Position numbers and translations under genes: made by a program. A DNA stretch of 64,000 bases from Psammoneis japonica (Eukaryota), in assembly GCA_008632985.1 (NCBI GenBank), contig QPGO01000002.1:992001-1056000 (forward strand), written 5' to 3'. This document shows, piece after piece, positions 47,352 through 59,900 of the stretch (position 1 is the first letter of the stretch; every line of letters starts with the position of its first letter). The notes beneath the pieces were generated by a model. It did not search any database and was not told where the DNA came from. It saw nothing but the letters and a program-made list of their open reading frames with translations.

Positions 47352-48201
47352 TGCGATGAAATGTTGCCTCTCTTTTTTCTGTACAGTATCTTTTTCTCTC
47401 TCTCTCTCTCTCTCTCTTTACTCTATTCCGTGGTTATCAGGTGCTTCAATTCTCCAGCAATCACACGCTGACTTCACAGAAAAAGTGAGACGATGTTTCG
47501 TCGGCTTCGTTCGAAAAAAGTATGAGCGCTTACGTACTTGCCACTAACACGTAGAGCACGTAGAAGCATACCATGACGTCATTTTCGTATAACGTCAGCA
47601 TGACGTCGCTCGGAGGTCGAATTGGGATTCGTTTCGCGCGACATCAAGATCGCGCGAACAGTCAAGGCCTTTTGTCACTTCAAACTGAAGAACAGTAAGC
47701 TCGAAGTACTCTAAAAGACTAGTTCTAGCTCTACTAGCTAGAGAGAGCAGAGAGCTAGTAGCTACTACTCTACTAGAAGTAGCGCAACTTGAACAGCTTA
47801 CGGTACAAGTTGCACAACTATGGTGCTAGTATTGACGACGGTTGCCTAGCTTTGTTGTTCTCAAAACAGATGGCCTTTAAAAAAGCTGCCGATTCGGGTG
47901 AGAGGAGTCCTTCAAGCTCCAAGCAAGGAAAGCGTGAACTGAACAGAACGAACGAGAGAACAAGCTTGGAAAATGATAGCTCGGATTGGGAGGCACCGCT
48001 TCAACGATGCTCGCCCCAGCAATGTACGAAATAAATTCATCAAGACATTTTGCTACTATGAGACAAAACCCTAAGCCCCTGTATCACCCCAACACTTGAA
48101 AATGCAATTCACTGATCAACATAAATCCATGTACCTGTACAACAAATTCCCTTCCACGAAGTACCCACAACCATGAGCTATTCCCCTGATGTTCACTCCA
48201 G

Positions 48202-51200
48202 TCACGACTCCTGTACAACGTAAACGATGCAAATGACGGAGAGGAGAACGATGATGGATTTCGCAACAATACTGCTGGGAATACCAGCAGGCCCACGCTG
48301 AACACCTGCTTTTGGTGGCGAATCGGCGGAAGTTTCCGAGCTGGACCCCGTCTCTCCTGTAGCAGCCGTTTCTTCGTCACCCTCAACCACCGTTTCTGCT
48401 TTCTTCACGCTGGGAGCCGTTTCATTTACAGACTCGGAAGTGTTTTCAACCTTTTCAAGTGGCTCCTGTGAAGTCGGTGTTTCAACCTTTTCGTTTTCCT
48501 CATCCGCAATTTCTCCTTCATCGATTGTAGCCTCCTTGGTCTCCGGAGCGGTTTCAGCCTTCTCGCTGGGCCTATCAGCGGGAGTCGGTTCCTTTTCCTC
48601 ACGCTCCGCCATAACTGGTTCTTCCTTGTTGGCTGTCATATCGCTAGCAGCTTTGTCGCCCTCGATGGTCTTTGGGGAAGCTTCATCACAATCAGACTTC
48701 TTCTCCTCTTGCTTTTCAACACTGGCATCCAGCTCAGCAGTAGCGTTAGTAGCCTCACACGCCTTGTTAGACTTCTCTGATGTTTCTTGTTCGCTGTCAC
48801 CCTTAACGTCTAGTTCGGGGGTCTCTTTCACGTTATCTTCATCCTTGTCTACCGACTCTTCTGTTGCAGTAGTGGTTGAACTCTCACCATCCACCTTCGC
48901 TTCCGGTTTTGAGTTAGACGATTCGACTTCCTTTGCCGACTCTTCTGGAGAACTCTTTTCTTCGCATTCGGCCTTTTCAGCAGGAGGCTTGATGGTGGCG
49001 GTAGCTTCCTCAACAGGTTTTGTGGCGGCACTTGTAGCCTTTTCTGCCACCTCCGATTTCTCAGTCTCCTTGGTAGGACCCTCGGCATCCGGCTTGACTT
49101 CTTCGACGGCCTTCTCGGGAGAGCTATTTCCTTCACTCTCGGAGTTATCAGCATCGGCGGACGATCCGACACTAGCAGACTCCTTGGCAGCCTCGGCCTT
49201 CTCGACGGATGACTCGCCACCGGTGAGCTCAACGGCTGTCTCAGTAATCTTTTGTTCATTGTCAGCACGCTTAGCCTCGTCGGGTGCGTTTTCGTCTAGA
49301 TCCTTGGCAGCTTCCGCCTTCTCGGCGGGTTCCTTGGAAGAGCTTGGTCCAGTCTTCTCGGGTTCCTCTGATGGTTCGTTGGCAGCAGGCTCTGAGGCTT
49401 TCTCAACAGAATTCTCTGGAGAACGCGTTTCGGCATTCTCATTCTTGCTCTTTTCAGTCTTCTCGCGCTCCTCGGACGGTTCATCGGAAACAGGCTCAGA
49501 GGCTTTCTCGTCGGGTTCTTCTGCCGAACTCGTTTCGAAATTCTCATCCTTTGTCTTTTCAGTCTTCTCGGGCTCCCCACATGGTTCATCAGTAACAGGT
49601 TCAGAGTCATCTTCTGGCTTCTCGACGGGTTTCTCTGACGAACTCGTTTCTGCCTTGCCATCCTTGCTCTTGTCTGTCTTCTCGGGCTCCTCGGATGATT
49701 CATCGGAAACAGCCTCAGACGCAGCTTCGGCTTTTTTGACGGGTTTTTCTGGAGAACTCGTTTCGGCATTCTCTTCCTTGGTCATTTCCGTCTTCTCGGG
49801 CTCCTCTGCTTCATCTGTAATAGGCTCAGAGGCGGATTCGGTGTTCTCGACAGGCTTCACGGGCGAACTTGTTTCAACCTTCTCATCCTTTTCGACAAGA
49901 TTTTTCGTTGCAGTTGGGTGCGTCTCCGCGGCTGGTGCGGGACGTTCAATGCCACCTTCTCTCTTGTCAATTGGATTATTCGTGGCTGACTCGTCGTTTT
50001 TGGATGGCGTCTCAGTAGCTGCAGCAGCAGGAGGCGCCGAAGTATCACTTACTTTCTCTACAGACTTCGGTGGAGAACACTTCTCTTCTATCTCTGTCTT
50101 CTTTCCAGCTTGTTTTTCAATATTTTGCAGCGACTCAGCTGCAGGAGGCGCGGGGGCAGTTTCGACCTTCTCTGCGGGCTTATTTGAAGGATTCTTTCCC
50201 TCTGTCTCATCCTTCTTCTCCACCGGAGCTTCCGTTGCAGCTTGCCTATTATCAGAAACAGGCTTGGGAGATTCAGACACAGCTTGAGCCTTCTCATTGA
50301 GCTTCTCTGAAGATCTCTTTTCCTCTTTTTTGGCGTCTTTGGTTGGCTTTTCCGTTGTCGGAGTAGGTGCGGGAGGCTCCGAGATGGCTTCAGGGTTCTC
50401 GACAGGCTTCTTTGGTGCGCTCTTTTGCTCCTTCTCAACATTTATTTCGGCTGGCTTTTCTGTTATAGCTCCAGATGTCTCCGCTGCAGCATCGACCTTC
50501 TTAGGGGAGCTATGTTCCTCCGTATCAGTCTCCTTCTTGGTTGGCATTTCTGTATTAGTCAGCTTCTCAGAAGGTTTAGCACTCGTACCCTTGACCTCCT
50601 TGGAAGCGGCCGTCTCTGGAGTACCATTTTTCTTTTCTTTTGGGTTCTCCGAGGTTGATACAGCATCTTCCTTGGGTTTTGAAACGTCGCTAGTGGAGTC
50701 TTTCTTATTGGAAGGTGGCTTCGTACCGTTACTCTTGATTTCGACGTCGTCAGGTTTCACGGAAATCGCCGCAGCATCTTTCGTATCCTTTCGGGACGCT
50801 CTTTCACTTTTGACAGCTTCCAAAGGCTTCTTATTATTTGAGAATAGACTAGGCTTCGTAGCAGACGCCTTTGGACGACGATGGAGCTTGGTGACAAAAC
50901 CGGGAACGTACAAGCTACCGTCGATGTCTGTCCAATGCTCCTCGTCTTCCAAAAGCGACATTCGCTGAAGCCATTCCCCATCAACAATGGCCACGTTTTG
51001 CTTTTGGCATGTAAGGACGTCATGTTTTACTTGCGGAGTGACTGCGCTCTCGTCACCAACCCATAAGGCGTGGGTGGCGTCGAATGGTGTTCTCGCAACT
51101 GCTCCTCCAAGAGCTTCAACGTAAAAGCCCATTTCGCTTGCATGTTCGTTGTGGTGGTGCTCACTCGTTAGAATATAAACAGAGGCATTTTCTAGTGGTG

Positions 51201-51216
51201 ATTCGTCGTACGACAT
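48202..51216 (-). CDS. Paralog 2: BRCT-like domain, acidic linker and C-terminal hydrophobic anchor
   Basis: First about 110 aa closely match paralog 1; ends in IIVLLSVICIVYVVQES; no J domain. Confidence 0.75.
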   Translation of the reverse strand: MSYDESPLENASVYILTSEHHHNEHASEMGFYVEALGGAVARTPFDATHALWVGDESAVTPQVKHDVLTCQKQNVAIVDGEWLQRMSLLEDEEHWTDIDGSLYVPGFVTKLHRRPKASATKPSLFSNNKKPLEAVKSERASRKDTKDAAAISVKPDDVEIKSNGTKPPSNKKDSTSDVSKPKEDAVSTSENPKEKKNGTPETAASKEVKGTSAKPSEKLTNTEMPTKKETDTEEHSSPKKVDAAAETSGAITEKPAEINVEKEQKSAPKKPVENPEAISEPPAPTPTTEKPTKDAKKEEKRSSEKLNEKAQAVSESPKPVSDNRQAATEAPVEKKDETEGKNPSNKPAEKVETAPAPPAAESLQNIEKQAGKKTEIEEKCSPPKSVEKVSDTSAPPAAAATETPSKNDESATNNPIDKREGGIERPAPAAETHPTATKNLVEKDEKVETSSPVKPVENTESASEPITDEAEEPEKTEMTKEENAETSSPEKPVKKAEAASEAVSDESSEEPEKTDKSKDGKAETSSSEKPVEKPEDDSEPVTDEPCGEPEKTEKTKDENFETSSAEEPDEKASEPVSDEPSEEREKTEKSKNENAETRSPENSVEKASEPAANEPSEEPEKTGPSSSKEPAEKAEAAKDLDENAPDEAKRADNEQKITETAVELTGGESSVEKAEAAKESASVGSSADADNSESEGNSSPEKAVEEVKPDAEGPTKETEKSEVAEKATSAATKPVEEATATIKPPAEKAECEEKSSPEESAKEVESSNSKPEAKVDGESSTTTATEESVDKDEDNVKETPELDVKGDSEQETSEKSNKACEATNATAELDASVEKQEEKKSDCDEASPKTIEGDKAASDMTANKEEPVMAEREEKEPTPADRPSEKAETAPETKEATIDEGEIADEENEKVETPTSQEPLEKVENTSESVNETAPSVKKAETVVEGDEETAATGETGSSSETSADSPPKAGVQRGPAGIPSSIVAKSIIVLLSVICIVYVVQES

Positions 51217-51812
51217 TGCTTCTTCTAATCTTGGAGGCTTGACTAGGTCTAGAGTAACTTCTACTGTAAAAGATGTGTCACTACGGATCGATTGTTCTCA
51301 ATTTTGGAATTTTTGAAATTGTTGGTGGCAGATTTGCTGACGTAAGCTCGGAAGCCACGCTTGTTCGCGCATGACGTTGCATCCAAATAACACGCAAAGT
51401 ATCCAGAAGCTAGAGAGCAATAGTCTACGTAGCTTTCTAGCTAGCTACTCTAGTAGCAGAGGTATCGGTTCTCTGGAGAGCTAGCCCTCGCTAGTAGTAG
51501 CTACAAGAATCAATGTTAGGGGTCAGAAGTTCTGCACTAGACTCTCCCACTGTCTCTTGCTACTAGAGAGAGCACAAGGCTGCAAACATTTAGGACTGGG
51601 ATTGATCAAATCTTTGCAACCCACAGACACTAGAGAATCCCAACACTATTGCTCTAATGCACTTCATGCAAATTCCATACCTTATATCTTTGTCGCGCAG
51701 CATAACTCCCAGTGAGGCATATACTCAATGTCGAATTTGAATGTCTGTTCACAGGTACAAGTAGAGGACCTCGAGCTTCGATAGCTAATCCGTAAAAATC
51801 CCCACTAGTGAT

Positions 51813-53680
51813 TTAACCAGCACCGTCAACAATAGCATAAAACACACCCTCCTTGTCGAGTGAAGTGAGAATGTCATTGAGCGTTGAGCGCTTCTCGGGA
51901 TCCGAAGGGACCAACGCCTGGTAGTGCCCGGGTGTATATTTGAGGGTAAGCGTGTTTGCCTTTCCCCATGCCTTGTCATCATCAGCAACACTCGAGTAGT
52001 TCGTACCCTTGTATACGTCTACAAAACCAGATGTTGAGTCAAAGACGACAATCGCCCACTCTGAGAGCAGTGTGGACGACTCAAGAGTGTAAACGAGAAA
52101 ATCAGAAAACGCCTGAACCTCTTCGCCGACCATGCCTTGGTGCGCCCACTCTGGATGAGCTTTTACCACCGCTGATTCAATGGTACGCTTAAGCTGCAGG
52201 GCTGTTTCACCAATCAGGGTCTTGTCCAATTTCTTCAACTCGGGGTCGTCATCTTCGGTCCCAACGAGAGCTCCAACTCCACGCAAGTAGGACGAGGCCA
52301 AGCTGAGATAGAAGCACGAATTAGCAATGCGTTGATTCTGCTCATTACGGTTGAATGCTCCTGCGTCCTTTGTAACGAGGCCCAATGAGTCCACAGCATG
52401 AGCCATGTTGGATGTGTTGACGTCAATCATCGCACCGTGGTGTGCAAACATATCTTCCACGAGTTTTCGGTGATCTTGTAACTCATTGTCCCAATAGGCC
52501 GTACTGTGAATAGTCTTGCTTTTTTCAGTTTTGGCCTCCTCTTCAACAAACGTCTTTTCCTCGCGAGAGGTGGATTCGAGAAGAGATCTGTATGCTCGCG
52601 CCAAGTTAGCAAACTCGTTCGCACAACCACCCTTGTCTGGATGAATCTGTAACGCTTTCTTCCTGTAGGCTGAGCGAATCTGTGCTGGTTTCGCCGTCTC
52701 GGTAACACCCAAGGTCTCGTATACGCAAGGATCGGGCGCTGCACTTCGTCCCTTATCAACATTCTCTTGAGAAACGATCGAGTAGTCCAAGACGGACAGT
52801 TCAATCGCCCTTGCAATCTCGTCTTGTTCCATCTTTTCTGGATCCTCCATTGTGAGCTTGTAAAAGGTCTCACTGATAGAAGTCCCTAGCCTCAACGGCG
52901 TGTCCACGCCAATGTTGTACCTACCGGCTGCAGGAACAAGTTGGCCACCAGCTTGCTCAGGTATAGGCACATGTGCCGATTGAGGAGACACGGATGCGGC
53001 AATTGGAACCAATTGTGCTTCTCTAAACGGTGTAGCACCTGGAGGATCAATCTTATAGTCTGTAGAGACAACAAGATCACTAGAAGGCCCGCTCGTTTTG
53101 GAAGCACGAGCGAGCACAAGGGCAAGCTGCTCGTCAAGCCCGCTTTCTTCACTTGAAACTGCAGGAGGATCTTCAGACTTAGCCTCAAGTAGATCTTTCT
53201 CTTTGACTTCAGGTTCGGGTTGAGAAATAGCTTCTGATAGATCTTCCTCCTTGACTTCTTGTTTGGGTTTTGGCTTTTCTGCGGGCTTGGCTGGAAGGCT
53301 TTCTTTCTTCAATTCGGTCAACGCTTACTCTTAGTTTTTGGACGTTGTTGAAGATTGTATACAGCGGCGGGAATAAACGGAGTGATGTCAATATCTGACC
53401 AGTGCTGGTCTTCTTCCAACACTGACATTTGTTGAAGCCAGCCCCCGTCCACAATGGCCACGTTAAGATGTTGACATTTCAGCATGACATGTTCGACATG
53501 CGGAGTGACTGCATTTTCGTCGCCCACCCAGAGGGCGTGGGTCGCATCGTATGGAGAACCCGCGACCTGTCCACCAAGGGCCTCGATGAAGAACCTCATT
53601 TCCTCGGCATGCTCATCGTGATGGTGGGGGCTTGAGATGATGTACACAGATGCTCTGAAGAGGGGAGAATCAATTGTCAT
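51813..53680 (-). CDS. Paralog 3: BRCT-like, short linker, UIM, DnaJ and OTU-like (frameshift near 53325)
   Basis: ORFs 53318-53680 and 51813-53321 together are colinear with paralog 1; IHPDKGG, NSCFYLSLA, PGHYQAL. Confidence 0.78.
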
Positions 53681-54099
53681 TTTACTTGTCAACTTCGTCT
53701 TTTGCTTCGTCGAGCTACAGATGCGACTCTTTAAAGAGGGGTCGCCTTACGTGCAGTGCTCAAGGGGCGAGGTGTTAAAGGGGCGACGGTTCTTCTTGCT
53801 CTCAGGGTTGCTGTTCTTGGTTGTTTCGTTTTTTCGTTGAACAGCGAACAGCGGTGACACGAAAAATCTTTGTACTGATAGCTGGAGGTAAGGTTATGGG
53901 TCCAGGGCGGCCGGTCCCTGCTCGCTTGTTTTAGCTTGAATTCTGTCATTGTTTTAGCGTGCTTCACCGTGGTGAAAACCGCATGCCACAAGTTTGTAAC
54001 GGGGTTTCCGCCATGGGACTTACATCAGAATTATGTTCTTCATGGTGTGTCAAATGATCGACGTGATTGTCCCATGGCAGAAGACTGATTTTTTAGAAA

Positions 54100-55590
54100 G
54101 CCAATGACCACCAGCAAGGAGCGAGCGAGATGAGCGGTCTTTGATTGTTCAAAGGTTGACCAAGAATGGGAGCCAACACCTGGCCCACACCATGTTGGCA
54201 GCACAGGCATGCTCATGAGTGACAGCTTGGTGGGCCTCTGCAATTAAGGTGCAGAGAGACTGTTGTGGAAGCCATGCCTGGGGAGGTGGACAGTGCACTT
54301 GCCAGGAGGGGCTTTGTTTTTGTTCTTGTGGCGCAACATGTGACAGAGTCACACAAGAACAAGGGCAGCTTTCACACAATTCAGAGATGCCACTGTTGCA
54401 GGCTGGCAGCTTGGAGGAGGATGCCAGTCACTGGGCCTGTCATGGTGACTGAGCCCTTTCCTTTGCAACTTGCAAGCTGGTGTGTGTGTTTTGTCACAGC
54501 CCGCATGGTGGGCTGCATTTTCCCGCACATGTCAACCATGCTGCCTGCCACTGCCTCCTCTTGGAGCATCATGCCAGCCAGTTCAAGATCCAAATCATTG
54601 ATGACCCCACCCACCTGAGTTGGCATCTTGTGTGGCGCAGCTTTGAAGATCTGTGCCGGAGGCCGTCAGCGAGAAATCTCGTCATTTGGCCCCAGCAGCA
54701 AGGCACCTCTGAGCTCCAGTTTGGCAGCACTGGTGCAGGCACACCACAGAAGTGTTCTTTGGCAGCAGAAAAGAGTTTGGCCAGTTGTGTGGGGCATGGC
54801 ACCATGTCTGAAGCTGGCATTTGGCACCTGAGTCTGTGAAAGACATGGGAGAGTTTTGCAAGTTTGACAACATCAGCTGAAAAACACAAAGCATCAATGA
54901 TCCAACCCAGGATGACCCTGATGGCCAGCCATTTGGTCCCCCCCCCCCCCTCCTTCAAGAGCTTCTCAAGGGATGTGGTTTCTCTGCAGCAGTGGTCATT
55001 GGCTCACATGTTGAGCAAGCAGGAGAGCTGGTGGTTGTTGACATGGAGGCATTCTTGATGGCACAGATGATTGAGCCAAGCCTTGCAACCTTCTTGCATG
55101 ACTCCAACATTGTTGTCTGGGTGAAGAACATCAAAATGTTGGAACTGCCTTCAGCTCTCAGCAGCATCTCTTCCATTGAATTGACTTTGGATCCATGAGC
55201 TTTTGCAAATGGCTGGCATGTGTTGGTTGGTCAGCAGGCAGAACATTGACTTGCAATGCCTTGTCTCATGGGCTGCCACCTGCTCCAGTGGGTGCACTGG
55301 AGGAGGACCCCATGCAGCAGCTGTGCATGCATTGGCCAAATCCGTTGGTGCCCACAAAAAAGCAAAACAGACTTTTGACCCAGCCCTTGGACAGAGCCAA
55401 TGAAAAGGTGATGAGAGGCTCTTTGACCAGACCTTCCAGAGATGCCAAACCTGGTTTGGGTGTGTCAGCAGGCTTCAAGCCCACCCCAGAGAACCCGTTG
55501 GCATGATCCAGCTTGATGAGATAAAAACTGGAGATCTTGTGTGGGACTCGACCCAGCATGCATCTGAATTGCATGGCTTCTGGCATCTGT
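54100..55590 (-). mobile_element. Older eroded copy of the Ngaro RT-RNase H-YR region
   Basis: Colinear relics PEAMQF, KLD..GF..VGLKP.DTPK, PPVHPLEQ, ILGWIID, DLELAG..LQE, GKGSVT, VWARCWLPFL. Confidence 0.85.
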
Positions 55591-56156
55591 GAGTGGTTAA
55601 ACAAAAAGTGGAAGCAGATCGGGCAGACAATGAGAGGTGGAGTAGAAGGAAAGAAAAATGTTGGGGACACATTGCGATTGTCAGGTGATGGACAATTGTT
55701 TGCTGTTATGGACAAAGATGATTAGAGGAGTGCGCGAATGACACGTTTGTTTCCTCAGCGCGAGTTTATGCGAACGTCTGTGACAACAATTCAGGACGCA
55801 AGGAATGGGCAGGGAAAATAATTAGAAGCGCTGTCAACGAACATCTGGGAAAGCGAGAGCGAATCGCCCTCTCTGGATGTGGAAGGCTCCTCGTCGTTTC
55901 TTCCGAAAGGAGAGAACTGCGCAAAAGCTTGAGAGGTGCTCAATCCCTTAAAAAGTTGAGAATTCACACGTTATCAGAATGGGATTTACAGAACGAAAGC
56001 TACAAAAACAACAACAGCTTAAAGGTTGTCTCAAGCCTGCTGGCCGATTTTAAGTAGAATTCACTCAAAACGTACTCTACATGTTGCCTTAGTTTTGCAT
56101 TAAATGTGCTTACCAGCTGACTGGGTGGTTAGCGTTCTCCTGCTCTCTCGCTCTCT

Positions 56157-56708
56157 CTAGCGCTTGGACTTGCCACTAAGGCCAACTTCCATGAGTACGT
56201 TCCCGGAAATAGCAACGCTAGCCGCAAGTCCCGCTGTGTACGCCAAGGCACGAAAGGGTTGCTTCTGAACGAAGTAGTAAAGGAAGAAATGCGACAAGCG
56301 CGCGTATACAAAGGTCGTGACGGCTGTCGGAGCCCAAGCTGGTAGAGTGGCAGTGGCATACGGCCAGAGAGTAGCCACGGCAAAAAAGAATGGCTCGTTT
56401 TCGGTCGCGTTGCGTTCCATGGACTGGAGACGGTACAGATCATTCTCACTTGTACCCGCCTTGACAAAGCAACCCATGGCGTAGTAAAAAAGGTTGAAAA
56501 AGCCTCCTCCGGTTGGATCGACCCACTTGGACGGATTGCTCTCGGGTGTTCCGTCGCCTCCTTCCTTGTCGGGAATGTTGCCGTACTTTCCCGTGAGGCC
56601 ATTTGCGAGACGGACTCGAATCACCATTACATGATTAACGCACACTTTGACCGTCAGAACAGCGGCAGCCCATGCTAGAGTCTTGTTGTACGATTCCGTG
56701 CTGCTCAT
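56157..56708 (-). CDS. MAPEG family protein (microsomal glutathione S-transferase-like)
   Basis: TM helices with R...RN..EN..FF and F..AR..H..Y motifs. Confidence 0.8.
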   Translation of the reverse strand: MSSTESYNKTLAWAAAVLTVKVCVNHVMVIRVRLANGLTGKYGNIPDKEGGDGTPESNPSKWVDPTGGGFFNLFYYAMGCFVKAGTSENDLYRLQSMERNATENEPFFFAVATLWPYATATLPAWAPTAVTTFVYARLSHFFLYYFVQKQPFRALAYTAGLAASVAISGNVLMEVGLSGKSKR

Positions 56709-56999
56709 GATGATAATGATGACTACGAAGCTGGCGAAAGGTGACTGCAACAAGACGGCGGCCGCGACTAGCTAGAGAGAGAGGGAGAGTGGAGAGAGTG
56801 ATGAATAGAGGAAGTGAACAAGAGTTGTTGATGTCAACGTTCGAACGTTTCGTGGAGCGAAATCTTCTTCCCGCGATGGGAGAGCAACGGACGTACGACA
56901 ACGGACGTGAAAGAATTTTGCATCATACATGCATTCGTTCATGATTGCTTCAGCGGCCACCGCCGTTTCGAACAGTGCAGTTAACTCCGGCTCTAACTC

Positions 57000-59900
57000 T
57001 AGTTTGTGGCAGAGGTCCATTTGCAGAGCTCAAGCTCCAGACTCAATCACCACTGGGGTGGGTGGGAGGATCCTTTTAAAGCTGTCTGCCAGCTGTTGGT
57101 GCAACAAAACAAAAAACGACAACAGAGAGGACGACCTCGTCAGCCGAGAGAGACATCGGCAATTGGCGGTCAGGCAAACAGCAAGCATTTGACATCTGTC
57201 CTTTGTGGGACAGACTTGAGCCAATCAACAGCCCTTGCATCATCTTCCCCATTCTGCAGTGGCTGCCTCCACTTCCAGCGGCACAGCCAAGAACGGCGCC
57301 CCAGCTCTGACTCCAGCCAGCTGGAAGCAGAGGTCCATTTGCGGAGCTCCAGACCCAATCACTGGGAGCCTGACACACAGGCTCCCAGGCCCAGCTTTGA
57401 TGAGGTTGCCAAAGGCAGACCAAACAAATTCGTGTGGGAAGGCAACATGGGCAGGAAGGGAAAGGTCTCAGCACAAGGGAGCTTCTTGGTTGTTGATGCA
57501 TGAGCTGAGTTTTCACCTTGAGAGAGCCCCCGGGATAAGAAACTTTGCATGGCAGGCTCAGCTTTGATGCAAAGACAGCACATTGTTTTGTCAGAGAAAG
57601 TGTCATTGTCCAATGAATGGGGGCAAGACTTGGCTGCACTGGTCGCACGGCACTTCATCAGGCTCATCATGATGTGGGGAAATCATGAGCCACTGTTGTG
57701 AAAAAGACATGTTTCATTCAAAACACACCAGTGTTTAAATGCTGTTTGCCTGGACAACATGGCTGGCATTGTTTGTCATGCAGGCAAGGCTCAAAAACTT
57801 CTTTGCAGTCAATGGCAGAGTGTGTTTTGCCCAAATGGCTCATGGTTTCAGACCAGCATCTGGCATCTTTGGCATCACAGATTGTGGGACATGGGGCACC
57901 ATCATCATCATGTGGATTGCAAATGGCCACAATGGCTGTCTTTGACAAAAGAAGCAGGAGAGAGAGTGCTCTCCTGGAGAAAAAAACCCCTCTCAGCTGG
58001 CACCACTGTTGAGCTGTGTGGCAAAGGTGGTTGCTGCTGCTGAAGAAAAGGGTGCTGCTGCTGCTGCTGCTGCTGCTGGAAACAAAGGGTGCAGCAGAGA
58101 TTCACCACAAAATTGTGCTCACAAGAAAAGATTCAGACCATCAACATGTCAATGAGATTGAAAAAATCCCTGCCATGCTTTCCTCAACAGAGACATGATG
58201 CTCCAGGAGCCAGCCCTGGGCAGGACTCTGTGTGACATGGGCCCACAAAATTCTGCATGGGTGCAAGCTTTGCAGTTCATGCACCAGGCAATGGGAACAT
58301 GTTTGTTTTCAACACCAAATGAATGACCACACAATTGCCCCTCTTCATGTTGGGTGTTTTTGAAAACCTGCTTCTGTTCCAGCGCACGCTCTGCACACAT
58401 TGAAAAATTGCTTTGGAGACAAGAAAACATCAAAAGTGGGTGAATGGATTGCCCAACAATTGGGCTGCAAAATGACACAAAATGCAGCCAAAGTCATGCA
58501 GAAATGTGTGTGCATGTCACATGGTGCATGATAAAAAATGTCAGCATCACAGTTCAGCCAGTGCTGCAAGGCCCCACCTGGAGCTCGGGGGCACCCAGAG
58601 CTGCCAACAATCCCTTGGAATGGCCAAGCCTTGCAGCACAAAAGCCTCACAACAAAAGGCTCAGTTTTTGCATGTTGTCTCACCTGAGCAAACTCCCTGC
58701 TTCTCACTCAGATGGACCCACACGGAAGGAGAGCCAACATTCGTGGCAAGGGTTTTTCAACTCATTGTGTCCTGGAGCCTTCTTCTTGGCCCCAGCTTTT
58801 GCAGTGCCTCTCAGAAAGAGACTGTCACCATTGGCTTTTGTGAAAGTGCAAGAAAGAGTGTGCTCTCAAAGATTGAAAGTTGACTGTGTGAGGATGTCAT
58901 GCAGGAGGCTGAAAACAAGTCTGAGTTTGAAACTCTTTTTTAAAGTGGTGCTGCTTTGTTTGTGATCAGCGTGGTTGAACAACATGATGACCCCACATGT
59001 GGAAAGTGGAGGTGAGTTTCAATGCAAAAGATTTGTCAATTTTTGCAGCAAGAACAAGAGATGAAGGCAGCTGCAAAACTTCCCTCTTCCTCCATCTGGA
59101 GGTGAGGTCTTGGGAGCTCACACGCATTTGTCTGCTGCCAGTGTGCCCTGTTCATTGTCATTGCTGCAAGCCAGACATTCATTGCAGTTGACACTTTGCC
59201 AAACTGTCCCTGCCACAAGACATCAAGACCCACCTCATGCCCCTCCTTGAGCAGCACTGCCACTTCACGTCACCCCTGGATGGGTTGGCAGCAACAGATC
59301 TGACATTGAAGCAACTCCAGCAACTCTTGCATCAGCAAACTTTGCTCAGGTCCTGGAGTTCTTGGGGCAGCTGCAGCAAACACTGACAGTGGACTCAGCT
59401 CGGGCACTGGGTGGAGCAAAGCAATTCAAGCAACTGTGCCACCACCAGAGCAGAGGAGCCGACTCAAGCCCCCCAGCCCCCCCCCCCCCCCCAGTGGACA
59501 TGCTGGCCCAACTCCAGCAACCACAAAGAGCAGCAAACTCAGCTCAAGCCCTGGTTGCAGTGGAGCTCTGGATTTGGCAGAGTGACTCCATCAGCTGTTG
59601 CCAGCAGCAAGCTTGTGTCACATTGGCGGCCTCCCATGCCCAACCAACATCTGCGCTGGCAGTTGGGTGTCCCACACGCCACCTGCTGGGCTGAGCCTGG
59701 GCTCAGACATTGATGGATGGAAAGATGGATCTCCTCCCTCCTGCTGCATCTCTCAGGCTGGCTCCAGCGGAATGGGCACAAGTCCTGAGTTGGGTGCTGG
59801 CTCGCTCCTTGCAGAGAGCATGTGGGAAGAAGCAGCGCACCAGCACCCAATCCTGGCATTGGCAAGTGCTGGCTGTGCGCTGCAGCTGGCTGGCCGCACT

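Noticed and set aside
47386..47417. (TC)n microsatellite; also (CTG)n at about 58053-58078 and short direct repeats at 4588-4635 and 57009-57366
   Set aside because: Ordinary simple repeats with no further structure.
44693..50968. Long antisense and alternate-frame ORFs (746, 615, 430 aa)
   Set aside because: Shadows of the low-complexity P/E/K/A linkers on the minus strand.
55722..56057. Stop-free plus-strand frame of about 110 codons
   Set aside because: No start codon or recognisable motif.
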